Positions 37,266-49,191 of a stretch of 64,000 bases of DNA are shown piece after piece (positions within the stretch are counted from its first letter, which is position 1; the number at the start of each line of letters is the position of its first letter). The notes under the pieces were generated by a model. That model had not been told where the DNA came from. It searched no databases and saw only the letters and a list, made by a program, of their open reading frames with translations. Location: NCBI GenBank assembly GCA_004764695.1, contig SMSO01000031.1:7422761-7486760 (forward strand), written 5' to 3'. Source of the DNA: Schizochytrium sp. TIO01. Taxonomy: Eukaryota > Protista > Bigyra: Labyrinthulomycetes. The position numbers and the translations under genes were made by a program.

Positions 37266-38429
37266 GCGCTAGTGGACGTTATATTCTTCTTGTTGTTGTT
37301 TCGGTAGTTTCTCTCCCTATCGCTTTCGTTTCCACACGCGGTCCCTGGTCCAGTTCTTGTCATCTGGATTAATTAGCCCTGATACCCTTCTTTCATTTTT
37401 CTCTATCATCTTTTAAATAGAACTTAAATCATGAGCTGCGCCCACTTCCCTCTGGCGCAGAGTACCCAACTATCTTTACGAACTTATGGCTTCAATTTGG
37501 GTTTTGTTGCAAACCTGATTCTTAACTTTTCGAAAAGGGTACTGTGTAATACTTGAAAACAAGGGAAAGCAATTCTTTTTTTCTTTTCTTTTTACTAGAT
37601 CACACGAGCTTGAGCAATTTGCTGGGCTAGGTAGTTCTCTCACCCTATTGTGTCTCACACTGTTGTGTCACACACAATATCCCTCTCCGTGGTTTATTTC
37701 TTGAGAAAGTGCAGGCGTTACGACACTCATAACGGCACATTGTTTAGTCTTCATAACGGTAGGCACTAGATTTCTCGAAAACCTCAACGCTGTTGTTTTA
37801 AAATTAGGCAAACAGGAGCTTGACGTCTTTGTGTTGTATGATGAAAATGTGTACTCCTCCTCCCTCCCCCCCCCCCAAAAAAAAAGGCAAAAGCAGACTC
37901 GCAGATAAGCATCACGAGTATGAAACAAACAAAAAGAGAAATAGAACAAACAATAAAACTAAGATTCACCAAACAGCTTCGGGATATCTAGAAAGGCACT
38001 TTGCATATGCAAAATAATGTTCGCATTATTAACGGATGGACAACCACTTGAAAGGTGATGGCTTGCCCTTGGGTAGGGATGGAAGATCATGTGTGTTCGG
38101 ATATAAAGGTAAAAACGATAATCAACGCGCGCGTTTTCTGTATGTTTGATTGCACGCTGTCTTCAACCTTGATTGTGAGTACTCCCGTATTCCCAAACCC
38201 AGCCGTTCATTTGGAAAAATGTTGCTGAAGACAAAGGTAGCAAAAGCAAAGCAAAGCAATAGATGATAGACTCCACAGAACCCTACATGAAGGTGTCCTG
38301 CTGTACATTGTTTTTGTCACCACTTCTGAGCCTTGTGAAAGAAAAGATCATGTTGCACAAAACAAGCAAACAAGTGAGTCCACGATATGCAGACAAGGCG
38401 ACCCGTCAGGCAGCAGTGATCAACTCAAT

Positions 38430-39314
38430 TTACTTGAGAGCTTCATCAAGGAAGGACAAATCGTTCTTCTTCTTGGTGCCGGTCTTGGCGGCACCAGCAG
38501 CACCAGCTGCTGCCGGCTTCTTGGGCGCAGCGGCAGGGGTAGTCTTCACCTGAGTACGGGCGGCACCAAAATCATACAAGTCGTCTGACCAAGTCTCCTT
38601 AGGGTGCTTGTTCTCGTAGTGGCTGCGCATACCAGACAAGTGAGGCTGGTCGGCCAGACAGATCTTACACTGCACCTTGACCTTCATCATTGAGGCGGCG
38701 CGGTTCTTGAGACCATCAGCACCATGGCCGGCAGCACCGGCACGCTCCTTGGCGGCCTTGTGCTTGCCAGCAATCTATCGTACGACAATATCATTCATTA
38801 TACAAGCACGCACACAGGCACGCATTGCATCAATTTCATTCCATGAGCAACCGATGGCACCGGGCCAGAAGAAATCCACATTGGCGAGAATAAGATCACC
38901 AGTTGTTCAATTGAGAGATCAAAGCAGAAAAAAGGATCAGCCAGTATTTAGCAGATTATAAACGTTAGCCCATACTTCCTAAACTTCTTCGTCTTCACCA
39001 GCAAGTCTGTCAACTCATACCTGCTCTCCAAACCCCGCCCAACTCCATCTCTTCAGACCCCAAACTGGAGCCTTCTCGAGTCTCAAGCTCTTCCAGCGAG
39101 TGAGCTTTGCCGTGCGTATTAAGTTCCACATAGCGTTTGCTTAAGACTTCCGAGTGGCCAACCACACGTTCATCCGCACCCATACCAGCTCAGCTGTGTG
39201 GCCACGGACCACGGGGTTGGACTCGCCACCCGCAAGCAACCCCGCGCCTTCTCCAGTGTCTCGCAAACGTACCTCCTTGGCGGTGTGCTTCTGGACCTTG
39301 CCCTTGCGACCCAT
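38430..39314 (-). CDS. Small C2H2 zinc-finger protein (ZNF706/At2g23090-like); exons 39314-39273 and 38774-38430
   Basis: Exon 1 MGRKGKVQKHTAKE|GTACGT splices to GATAG|IAGKHKAAKERAG...VQCKICLADQPHLSGMRSHYENKHPK. The C-x2-C-x12-H-x4-H-PK pattern is typical of this family. Confidence 0.85.
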
Positions 39315-39760
39315 GGTGGCAGGAATTCGTCGATGGGAACTGCTTTGCCATCAACTCGAGGCCTCCATAAAAGGCCTATTAAGTGACCCAACACCACTCT
39401 CGCTCTTTCGTAAGCATGAATGGTGAGCGCCTCAATACCAATATCCGACTAGGCCCTTCGCTAGCACTATCCATAGTAGTGATTAGCGAGGAGCATGGGA
39501 AGTTATTGCGTGAGATAACTCTGTCTCGGACGCGTGCAGTGTTTACGAGTACGATATGTGGATGTACGAGTGGATACGCGCTGATTGATTGCCTTTGCTG
39601 TTATGAATCACTTCGATTTCTGCCCTTGGGGATTGTGAAACTGGGCAGCTTACCTGGGTGAATGAATGACTACCAGATAGGAGATTGTTTTGGCTTGAGA
39701 CTTCACCCAAGCTAACAGGCAATAACTCATTAGGGAGTGGCGATTCGTTATACCGCCATG

Positions 39761-39791
39761 GGTAGGTAGGTAGGTAGGTAGGTAGGTAGGT
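39761..39791. repeat. (GGTA)n microsatellite
   Basis: About 7-8 units ending in GGTACC. Confidence 0.9.
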
Positions 39792-40331
39792 ACCTGCTTG
39801 AATGACTGGTGACTTAAAGGAAGAAGCTCATACAACGTAGTAGTAATGGCTGAAGAGGTTTTCGCAAAATACCAACTTGCATCGGGAGCTTACAAATGGG
39901 TCAGACTCTTACTTTGTCTGTCCGGAGGAAAGACAATTTAGCTAAAAAAAAACAAATGCGTTGTGGGTGTGTCGCTTCTTTCTGAAAACTCGAGACAGGG
40001 TGACGTGCCGTACTAACAGAAGCTTACAAAATTAAATTTGCAAGGTTACAATTGTAGTAGCTTTGTCAACAATGTAATGTGGATAAAACGTGGGGACATA
40101 GAATTCAAGATAGCTGCCAGCCATCTAATGAAGAAGGGGAAAGTGGCATACACAGTAAAAGAAGGTAATCACACGATTAATTTAGTTCTATATTTATGAG
40201 TGTTTGCTTGCTTACATGCTCGCGAACAGGGTTTTCAATGTGTTGCAGAGGCCAGAATAGTTATCCGAGAAGAATGTTTCAAATCATGTGGGGCAAACAC
40301 AATCGCGCTTGCCTTTTCTGTTGTTCAGGTT

Positions 40332-43046
40332 TTACTCGTCCATCTTCCACTTGCTTTGTTGTGTAACACGATTGTAGAAGTAAAAGCGGCCAGGTTTACT
40401 CCTTGACTCACGAAGTTCCCAATCTTGATGCTCAGGTCCTAGAGACTTCATCATCTCCACAGGATCATCTCCCTTCGTAGGAGAACCCAAAATAGACTGT
40501 CTAGAAAGCTTGCTCACGGGGAATTTAGGAGCCGGGGTTTCCCAAGGGCCACTCAAAGCTGTTGTTACAGACTTTGACTTGGTTACTGACATTGGAGGGC
40601 GAAGCATAGACAAAGGACCAGCGTCCTCTTCTTCATCTTCCTCCTCCTCCTCCTCTACAGCCTCCTCAGAAACCTTTTTGGCATGTCTGCTCGCATTGCC
40701 AGCATCATCCTCATGCTTGTGCTGATCCTGTTGCTGCTGACGCTGGTTCTTTGAAACAGGTAAAGGTACAGGAAATGGCTGTGGCTTGGGTTGCGCTACC
40801 TGATCCTGCTGCATTTGTTTGTGCTGCTGGAGCATGACTGAACCCTGGCAACGGGCACATGTAAGATCAGGTTGAAGACTTTCATATGCTTCAGAAGCTC
40901 TGTGGCGTGCAGATTGCAGCTTGCTCTGAATATGGTCTTGTTTGAGTTGTGCCCGGTATTTGTTGCGACGAATGCGTTCCTGCTTCACAGCAGCACGCAC
41001 TTTGGCAGCCATGTCTGGAGATGAAGGCTCATCTTGGACCATGCTTGCGGCAAATGCAGCAGAAAGAGCGGACACCGTAGCATTGGGAGACAGTAAACCG
41101 TTGTCGCCGGAAGGTGATGATAATGATCTACCTGAAGATGATGAGGATGCACTTTTCGGGGAGGGGACCGACGAAGGTTTCGATGTCGTGGAAGTAGAAC
41201 CAGATCGAGATGACGAGGAGGGAATAGCAGAGCGAGCAAGTGGCTGAAATGACAGCTTAGAAGAAGGATAAGCAGAAAGAGTTGCACGGCGAGCCTTTGA
41301 GCTGAGTCGGGTAGACGTGTTTTCTGTTCGTACATCACGATCATCTTTGCTCATGCCGAACTTTAAAGGCCTGGCTTCTGGGATAGAAGGAACAGCCGGT
41401 GGGGAGGGAAGATCGTCTTCCAAACTAGACCTTGAGCTCGAGAGAGAGATACGTGAGGGGCGTTCTGCGCCAGGAGGTAATGCGAAATGTACATCTGTGG
41501 AAGCACTGGATTTGCTGATCAAGGAGTTTTCCTCGACAGCTACGCGCAAAGCGCGGTGCAATTGGACAGCAGTAGAGCCCTTGTCATAATAAGGAGTTTG
41601 TGACTTCTTGATGTAATCGCAAATCTGATCAAATGAGGCGCCGTCCTCACCAACTCCAAGAGCATCAATTGCATTGATGGCAATTCGTACTCGTTCCTCA
41701 ACAATTGAAGCCGGAGTTTCCTGTGTAGCTCCAACCCAGATCTTCTCTGGGCCAGAGCCACCTGGCCCTGCATGCGCTTCTGCAACAGATCGTTCCAGTG
41801 ACTTGCGTGAAGCAAGGCTCACAGAGAGTTCTGCAGGACACGCCGTCTTGCGAGGCTGGTACCCAAAAGAGGTTCGCGTGTTACGTCTTGCTGCTTGATC
41901 AGCCTCAAATCGAGCTTCAGTCGCCCGCACAGACTCTTCAAACACAGATTTGAGTGCATCTCTGGCAGAGGTGCCCGAAGTACTGGACGTGCCTGACGTC
42001 ATGGAAGATGAAATAGAAGATTTTCCATTTGGTGTCATGGCTCGTCTTTTTTCAGCATCGGCAATCTCATTGCTTGAATTATATGACACAGGATGCTGAG
42101 TTACAGGAGCCTTGGGCGGAGCTTGGCTCTCTATGGCAGATTCATTAGCCTTAGTGTTGGTTGTTTCGGAACCACGCTGGCCAGAGATTGCTTGAGTAGT
42201 CTCCATGCCACGAACATTCAAACTTTGTGCGACAGTACCACGAGTGGCTGCCTCGAATTGTTGGGAAACAATATTCTCGCGAGATGCATCTAACGACGAT
42301 GTCGCAGACACAGGTTCAACTTCGCTGCCTTCATCAGTCATTGATGCAGCATCAACAACTGCACTTGCATTTGCTGCAAACTCCCGGTTAATGTTCTGCG
42401 CTGCGAGGCGGTGAGGAGCAACAGTCTCTATGTTGCGGGATGTCTGACCCGTAGTTGAATCACTCGCTGCAGTTGGCTCCTCGGCTTGTTGTCGTTGTTC
42501 TCTTTGCTGTTCGCAAGTAGGGCTCTCGGGCTCCATATCAGCATTCGCTGGGTTAAGCTCTTCCGTCGGGCTGTAGCTTGAAGATTGGTCTTCCTGTAAC
42601 TGAGAAGTCGAATTGCCGCCGGTACTGGTTGCTGATGAAGCAGATTTGGGTGAGGAAGCAGATTTGGGTGAATTGTTGCGGCGGCTGGGAATTTTAGTGC
42701 TCGGAGTACGCAGAAAAGATGTGGCACTTCCAGATGCACGCCGCATGAGTGTTGCCAAGGGGCTTTCATATCTCGAGCGGGGTTTACGAGAGCTCGCAGA
42801 AGGCGTCGCCGGTACCGTTGATGATGTGCTGGAGGATTGACTTTCATCAATGCTCATTTGAGAAACCTGGTTAGCAAGCTGATTACCATCGTTGCCATTG
42901 TTTTCTGCATTCGGGGATAGACGATTGACACTTAGCTGATCAATGAGGTCACTTGTCTTTTGATTTGCCCGAATACCCTCCTTCTTGGCCAGGCTTTGCA
43001 GCTCTCGCCGGCTCATAGCATGCAGTTCCGTAGTCGAAGTAGACAT
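40332..43046 (-). CDS. Ser-rich disordered protein with an N-terminal SAP/HeH-like motif, a central linker-histone H15-like domain and a C-terminal WW domain
   Basis: 904-aa ORF. N-terminus LHAMSRRELQSLAKKEGIRANQKTSDLIDQL; centre AIDAL...GAS...I.DYIKK...LHRALRVAVEENSL...HFAL; C-terminus DWELRESRSKPGRFYFYNRVTQQSKW. Confidence 0.8.
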   Translation of the reverse strand: MSTSTTELHAMSRRELQSLAKKEGIRANQKTSDLIDQLSVNRLSPNAENNGNDGNQLANQVSQMSIDESQSSSTSSTVPATPSASSRKPRSRYESPLATLMRRASGSATSFLRTPSTKIPSRRNNSPKSASSPKSASSATSTGGNSTSQLQEDQSSSYSPTEELNPANADMEPESPTCEQQREQRQQAEEPTAASDSTTGQTSRNIETVAPHRLAAQNINREFAANASAVVDAASMTDEGSEVEPVSATSSLDASRENIVSQQFEAATRGTVAQSLNVRGMETTQAISGQRGSETTNTKANESAIESQAPPKAPVTQHPVSYNSSNEIADAEKRRAMTPNGKSSISSSMTSGTSSTSGTSARDALKSVFEESVRATEARFEADQAARRNTRTSFGYQPRKTACPAELSVSLASRKSLERSVAEAHAGPGGSGPEKIWVGATQETPASIVEERVRIAINAIDALGVGEDGASFDQICDYIKKSQTPYYDKGSTAVQLHRALRVAVEENSLISKSSASTDVHFALPPGAERPSRISLSSSRSSLEDDLPSPPAVPSIPEARPLKFGMSKDDRDVRTENTSTRLSSKARRATLSAYPSSKLSFQPLARSAIPSSSSRSGSTSTTSKPSSVPSPKSASSSSSGRSLSSPSGDNGLLSPNATVSALSAAFAASMVQDEPSSPDMAAKVRAAVKQERIRRNKYRAQLKQDHIQSKLQSARHRASEAYESLQPDLTCARCQGSVMLQQHKQMQQDQVAQPKPQPFPVPLPVSKNQRQQQQDQHKHEDDAGNASRHAKKVSEEAVEEEEEEDEEEDAGPLSMLRPPMSVTKSKSVTTALSGPWETPAPKFPVSKLSRQSILGSPTKGDDPVEMMKSLGPEHQDWELRESRSKPGRFYFYNRVTQQSKWKMDE

Positions 43047-46000
43047 GATGGGGACTCCAAAAATGTATGTGAATGTGTAGAATGTATACCAAGCCTTGCG
43101 CAGTGCGAGAGGGGGTTGAAACTATGCTTGTTTTATCGATCTGACAAACTTGAGAAGTCAACCTTGCTTGATGTGGAGCCCTTAAAACGCTATTCGAGTC
43201 CTCTCTCGTCTGCAAGCCTGTCCAACAAGCGAGCGTTCAGACGAAGGGTTCAGACCTTGCGAGGACAAAGTTCCGCGTCCTTGGAGTGTGCTCTAACCAA
43301 AGTCAGGCTGGATCGATAATCTCGTCTTTAGTTTTGATTTGCAAACTTATTCACGCCCTTCTTGAATATATATAGCCAGGAACCCACTACAAGTATAGAA
43401 TCCTTTCTGGCGGTTGCAAGAACAGCGGAGCAGCGAATCGAGCGGAAAACTCGCGAGGAAGGGCTGTTTATAATGTGCAGTCCTACAGTTTGCAACGGAA
43501 GAGTTGCAAAAGGATTTGGTTTTTCGCTGGAGTCTCGTTCGCTCTCTCAGAGAAAGTTGCGTTTCTATGCACGGGAGAAGAGAAGATCTTGGAGCTTCGG
43601 CTTGGAGGTCTCGCCAGTATCGGCGGTCAAGAGCCAAGCGAAAGCCCTGGAACTGTGCAACTCAGGTCCAAACACGTACGTGACACAGACCAAGGGTCTC
43701 CTGAAAGAGCCCGAAACCAACTCTGCAACCTCGAAACCTCTCGTGTAGCGCTTTCGAATTGGTTTGGCAGCGCCAGTTTCACCCGGTATCGCGCGGCTGT
43801 CTCCTCAATAACAACCAATTGAATTATAGAATAGGCTAGTTAATTCTTTTATAATGAAAAGGATTAAAAATAATTAAACGACAAAGGGTATTGCAAATTC
43901 TACCCCTGAGTAAAAGGGAAACAGTGTATAACAAACTTATTTGATCATTGTTTCCATGGATGTCTGTAATTTGCAACCCGTATCGGCGCAAGTCTGTTCG
44001 TAAGCAAAAGGAGCCCCAGCGAAAACCATCGGTCACAGAAGTGGCGGTTCGTATGATTTCATTTACAAGGTTCTCTGGCTGATGCTTCAATTTCAAGCTA
44101 ACAATGTTACGAAAGGAATATTGATCGACCCCTATTCTGGTATCCGCTGCTTCTCTCTATATTCCTACGTAGGCCTATTATTGATAGGTACGTAGGTTTG
44201 TGCTCCAAGCACGAAAATTAATAAAGCACCAAGAATGCTTCATGAGGAGTTGACGGATTAGCAGAGCAGCGACTTCAAGTTTCCTTCAGATGGATTTCGA
44301 CATTCGCAGCGTGTCAAAGAGCTTCACAATTCATCCATTTGCTGTTCTGCATTCTAGCTAGAGCACCACTGAAGGGTGCCACTCTCATCAGCGTTAGTTT
44401 CCATCGTTACAATTTCTCTCCTGGTTTGGCACTATTTTATTTACAATGCCAGTCAGTAGTGAACTGATGCGTCGAGCATCAGTCAGTCAGTCAGTCAGTC
44501 AATCAATCGAGCAATTCTTCAAGAGTTTCCGATTCCTGCTCTGCCGCACTCGGGAGGACTTCGGAGCGCAAGGCCAAGCTTGACCAATGCACATTGCAAT
44601 AGAGGTCGGTTGGAACGTCCTCAGACTTTTGCTGTGACTGGGACCGCCGTGGCACCGGCGAAACCGCGGCACGCGGGGAAGGAATGGACCAACTCAGTCG
44701 ATTATGAAAGGCAATGACTGTAACGAAAGAGGGGCTTTTATTTCTTATATTTCTTTTTGGTTCTTATTTACTATCATCATCATAGTGGTATTAATGATAA
44801 TGATAATGATTATAATAATAATAATAACAACAAACAAACCACAAAGGGCCAATCTGACGGCCCGTGCGTCTAATAGGGGACCGGAGGGGCTTCTCGTGAG
44901 ACTGTGAAACGGCCGCCACGCCTGCGCGCACTCGCGCGCGACTGGGCGCTATGGGAGGTATTGCCTAGAGACCAACGACGGTGGACGAGCTCGGGTTCTT
45001 GCGATGAGCGAATGTGAAGCATGGGATGATAGAGGGGTAAAATTTGAGGTTTAAGATGAGAGAAGAAAGCTGGACGGCTGATTAATCAAGTGAGGACAAG
45101 TGCTGACTCTCAAAGGTGGAGGAGTAATAGAGTTCCACTTGGTGCAATTTCACTCTTTGAATAAAAGCGGGGAATGCAATCCAACGTTGCAAGCTCCAGA
45201 TGGGTTGAACAAGTTATCGTTTATTATTGAATCTCAAACCCCGCATGCTCTGGGCATATTTGTACCAATAAAAATTCCCTTTGATCTTGAATCAATTGAT
45301 AGAAGTGGCGTATTTTTTCCTGACAGAAACCAGTGGTTTAGATGAAAGAACTTCTTTAGCAGGGCAAATATTGCTCTTGATTTTTATCTATTGACATCAA
45401 CTATGTTTCATAGAATCTCCCTTGTGCGTGGGCCTTTGAACATTGGTAACTGGCAAGCCGCACAAACGAAGAATGGAATTTCCTTTTAGATGCAGAATTA
45501 TGACTAACAGATTTGCAACTCTACCGCACCGATGTTGATCTAAGGTTCATTTTGCGAATAAAATAGACTAGCGATGAGGTATGGAATTGCGGAGAACGAC
45601 AAGACTGTTTTTCCGGAGGGCCACGATCTATCTATGCATTCGAGGCTAAGAAAATAAGAAAAGGGTTTTCACCTGAACTCTTAGGTCTGAGTGGAAGTTT
45701 GTTTCGAGGTATTGTTCTCATCATCGTGACATTACTATCACAGAAACTCTGTAAGATCTATTTATTTTATCCAGGGAGGCCCACCGTCCATCTATACAGG
45801 AACCAGTTTGATCTTGTTTGTAATATGTAATCTTAAGTAGCAGCTCCACTTGTTTCGAAATGGGGGTTAGGTCATGATACGAAAGATAACTTGGAGGACG
45901 TGGTTTTCAACCGCCCTCGAGTCGACGTGGCGATGCCACATCCACACGTTTGATGTTTATCTACACACTTCGCAATAATATTTATAAACCCCGCAATTGA

Positions 46001-47223
46001 TAACCTGATAAAAGCATTTCTTCAAAGCAAATGTGAGCTCCGTAGTGCCTAGAGCTAGTTTGTGTAAGAACAACAGTGCATACTATGTACCGATATCTAT
46101 ATCGTTGCTCCAGTCTGAGTAACCAAATTACCATATGGCAACAGCATCGTACCTACCTAAAAAGAGCGCCTAGGTAGTATGATCGCAGAGGTATTTTTAT
46201 TTTATTGTGACTTCGGCCAATCTTGCGAGCCACTTCCTCGCTCCAGAGGGGACACATGCGATAAGGGCAAGAAGATCTTGGATCCCATGATGCTGCTATG
46301 GTCTCCTACTGGGTAGGACTCACGAAGTGGCGCTCCTTTTGTTGAAGGACTGTAAAAGCTTAAGCGCTGCTGCTGGAGCCAAGTTGAGGTTGTCAACTGC
46401 ATGTCCAATCTTGGTCTCCGTATCTCCCAGCGATTGGAAGAGGCCGCTCCAGGACTGATACTACTCAGATACAGCTGTTGATATTCCATAGAAGGTGCTG
46501 GTGCATGGTAAGTAACGACTGACTCGGAGACCATCGCTATCGACAACTTGAAGATTTTGCGCTATGCTATTTTCAACCTTTTGAGTTTTTTTAATCTGTC
46601 GCCTTTAGCCTAAGGTGGGGTAGTGAGGCAATCTTGAAACTTGCATTTGCTTACCGAGGCACTGCTGCTCTTTCTAAACTGCCTGCGTTGGCGAGTTTTT
46701 CGTCAAGAAGTTTGACGCTGAGTAGATAGCACGCATCTACTTACCTTGCCCTGTCTGAGTTTGGATGTATTGCCGTGTCCTCACTCATCCTCCGAGCTCA
46801 AGTTTTGGTGAAGACTACTCTACTTCAAAAGCATAGAGGGTGTGCACTCCTACTATGTATGTCAGCGGCGATGGCACTGCATCGATGATCACGATCCTGA
46901 CAAGCAAATTGAGCGCAAGCAAGCACTGTCTTTGTGATGTTCTGCAATGCTACGCTAGCAGGAACCTGAGCTCGCTCCTCAAATCGCTTTGAATGGTCAC
47001 GTTCAGAGGTTGTTGGATCTGAGTTGTCCAAGTTGCTTTACAATTCTTCGTCTTCTTCCTCTTGTTATGATCACGATGATTTAACTAAAATATTAATTAA
47101 CATTATATATATATATATATATTTTAAAGAAACAGAATTAAAAAAATTAATAATAAATTACAGCTTTATAATAATAATAATAAATTAAAAATCTTGAACA
47201 AATCATCATGGCTCAGATATAGG

Positions 47224-47378
47224 TTTGCTCTGCTCTATTTTGCTTTGCTTTATTTGCGTTGCTTTGCGTTGCGTTGCTTTGCTCTGCTCTGCTTTGCTCT
47301 GCTCTGCTCTGCTCTGCTCTGCTCTTCTTTGCTTTACGTTGCGTTGCGTTGCTTTGCTTTGAGTTGCTTTGCGTTGCG
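47224..47378. repeat. Compound pentanucleotide repeat (GCTCT/GCTTT/GCGTT)n
   Basis: Direct reading. Confidence 0.92.
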
Positions 47379-48475
47379 GCAGGAGGCTCCTTGAGACGGC
47401 CGGAATCGCATCAGCCTGCTCGGAGCTGCTCGAACTCAGGAAGGTGCGCCAAGCACTTGCGAGCTCTGCGCGCTTCGAGTGAAACGAAAGGCGCACAGTA
47501 GGTACATTGGCGCCCTCTCTCTCTCTTTCACGTTCGCTCGCTCGCTCGCTCGCTCGCTTGCTTTCGCTGTTTCATTGATCTCGCCGTCGCTCTGCTCGAT
47601 CAGCTGTGCAGGCTGAGGCCAACGATAGATAGCAAAGAGAGCGCCCAAGGCTGTGAATGAGCTGTTTGTTGACTCCATTCATGTGGAGCTGCATCAAAGC
47701 ATGGACTGAGGCACCATCTTCGTCTCAAGATCTGAAAACGATCGCTCAAGCCATACGATCATAGCTGCGGCGCTCGATAAAGCGTGGGCTATCGGGCTTC
47801 GATGGCAAATCCGCTTATTCCTTTGGTCCAACCTTCAAGTTCCTTCGAAGCCGCACTGTGAGGAATCGACGATGATGGTGTCCAATGAAAAGACCGCACT
47901 CGAACTTGAGCTCGAGTGGTCTTCTGCCTCCATGTTCGAAGTACATATAGTTAGTTTTGGGTTCTTTGCCGAGTTCTCAGGGGATGCGATACTATTGCAA
48001 ATTCACAGACAGACAGACAGATAGATAGATAGATGCCGTGTGAAGCTGTCGTTCACGTTGGATGTTCTGCCATGAGAGATATTTCTGTCGAACTGCACGC
48101 GGCTCCAAAGCGCCGTCGATTGATCTCAGATCCCTTGGGCGGGCGCGAGTGAGGGTGTGTTTGTCCGTCTCGAGAGCTAGCTCTGTCTCAGCTGCGATGC
48201 TTTCTTTCATATCATGTCATGTCATGTCATGTCATTCGATCTTTCTTTCTTCCTTTCTTTAAGTTAAAAGGTGTGAAAGAACAGGTGACCTGCAAGTAAC
48301 TACTAGTATCATTTTGTGTTATTATTTAATTTCAATTTTGTTTTAGTTTTAAATTGAGGCAGTGTATTCTAAAAAAATAAAATTTGGTTTTTCGCTGTTC
48401 CGCTTGTTTCAAGTTGATTCAGCTGAAGGCGAAATCCGAATCGCTCACCGCCCAATCGAAGAAGAGCTTTCTTGA

Positions 48476-48523
48476 AATCCAATCCAATCCAAACCAATCC
48501 AAACCAATCCAAACCAAACCAAA
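48476..48523. repeat. (AATCC/AAACC)n repeat
   Basis: Direct reading. Confidence 0.9.
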
Positions 48524-48615
48524 CTGAGTCAGTTTAGCTAAGATTGATGCTGTGAGCTACATAATGAGTAAGTAGAAGGTTTGACATGATAAACAAGCGA
48601 AGGAGGATAAAGAGC

Positions 48616-48736
48616 ACAACAAACAAACAAACAAACAAACAAACAAACAAACAAACAAACAAACAAACAAACAAACAAACAAACAAACAAACAAACAAAC
48701 AATCAATCGATCAATCGATCGATCGATCGATCAATC
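48616..48736. repeat. (CAAA)n followed by (CAAT/CGAT)n microsatellite
   Basis: About 20 CAAA units followed by palindromic GATC units. Confidence 0.95.
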
Positions 48737-48995
48737 CAGTCAGGCCACCGGAGCAAGCAAGCTGGACTCCGAGGCCGGCATGGGCGTCGATCGACTTGAG
48801 GCGGCTCGCGGAGGTGAAGAAGGAGTGAGGGAGCGAGCGAGCGACGAAGATCGCCGCCAGCCACGCTCAGACGCGCGACGGCGGAACATTGCGGCTCAAT
48901 GGTAGATATCCTTTTCTCCTCTCAAATTATTACAATTGTCATCCTCATCATTCGTTCGCTGTCTTTCTAAAAGATACCTTTTTAACATAAGCTCA

Positions 48996-49191
48996 GATTG
49001 ATTGATTGATGTATTGATTGATGTATTGATTGATTGATGTATTGATTGATGTATTGATTGATGTATTGATTGATGTATTGATTGATGTATTGATTGATGT
49101 ATTGATTGATGTATTGATTGATTGATTGATATATTGATTGATGTATTGATTGATATATTGATGTATTGATTGATGTATTGATTGATTGATT
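48996..49191. repeat. 12-bp minisatellite (GATTGATGTATT)n built from GATT units
   Basis: Direct reading; higher-order repeat of a tetranucleotide. Confidence 0.93.

Noticed and set aside
39647-39713. CTTACCTGG resembling the U1 snRNA 5' end, within a hairpin (TGGGTGAA...TTCACCCA)
   Set aside because: No U1-70K loop, U1A loop or Sm site; a short stem alone is insufficient.
43490-43825. Cell-cycle-like promoter words (AACGG, TTCGAA, CCAAT) upstream of the SAP-H15-WW gene
   Set aside because: Short words expected by chance, and the TSS is unknown.
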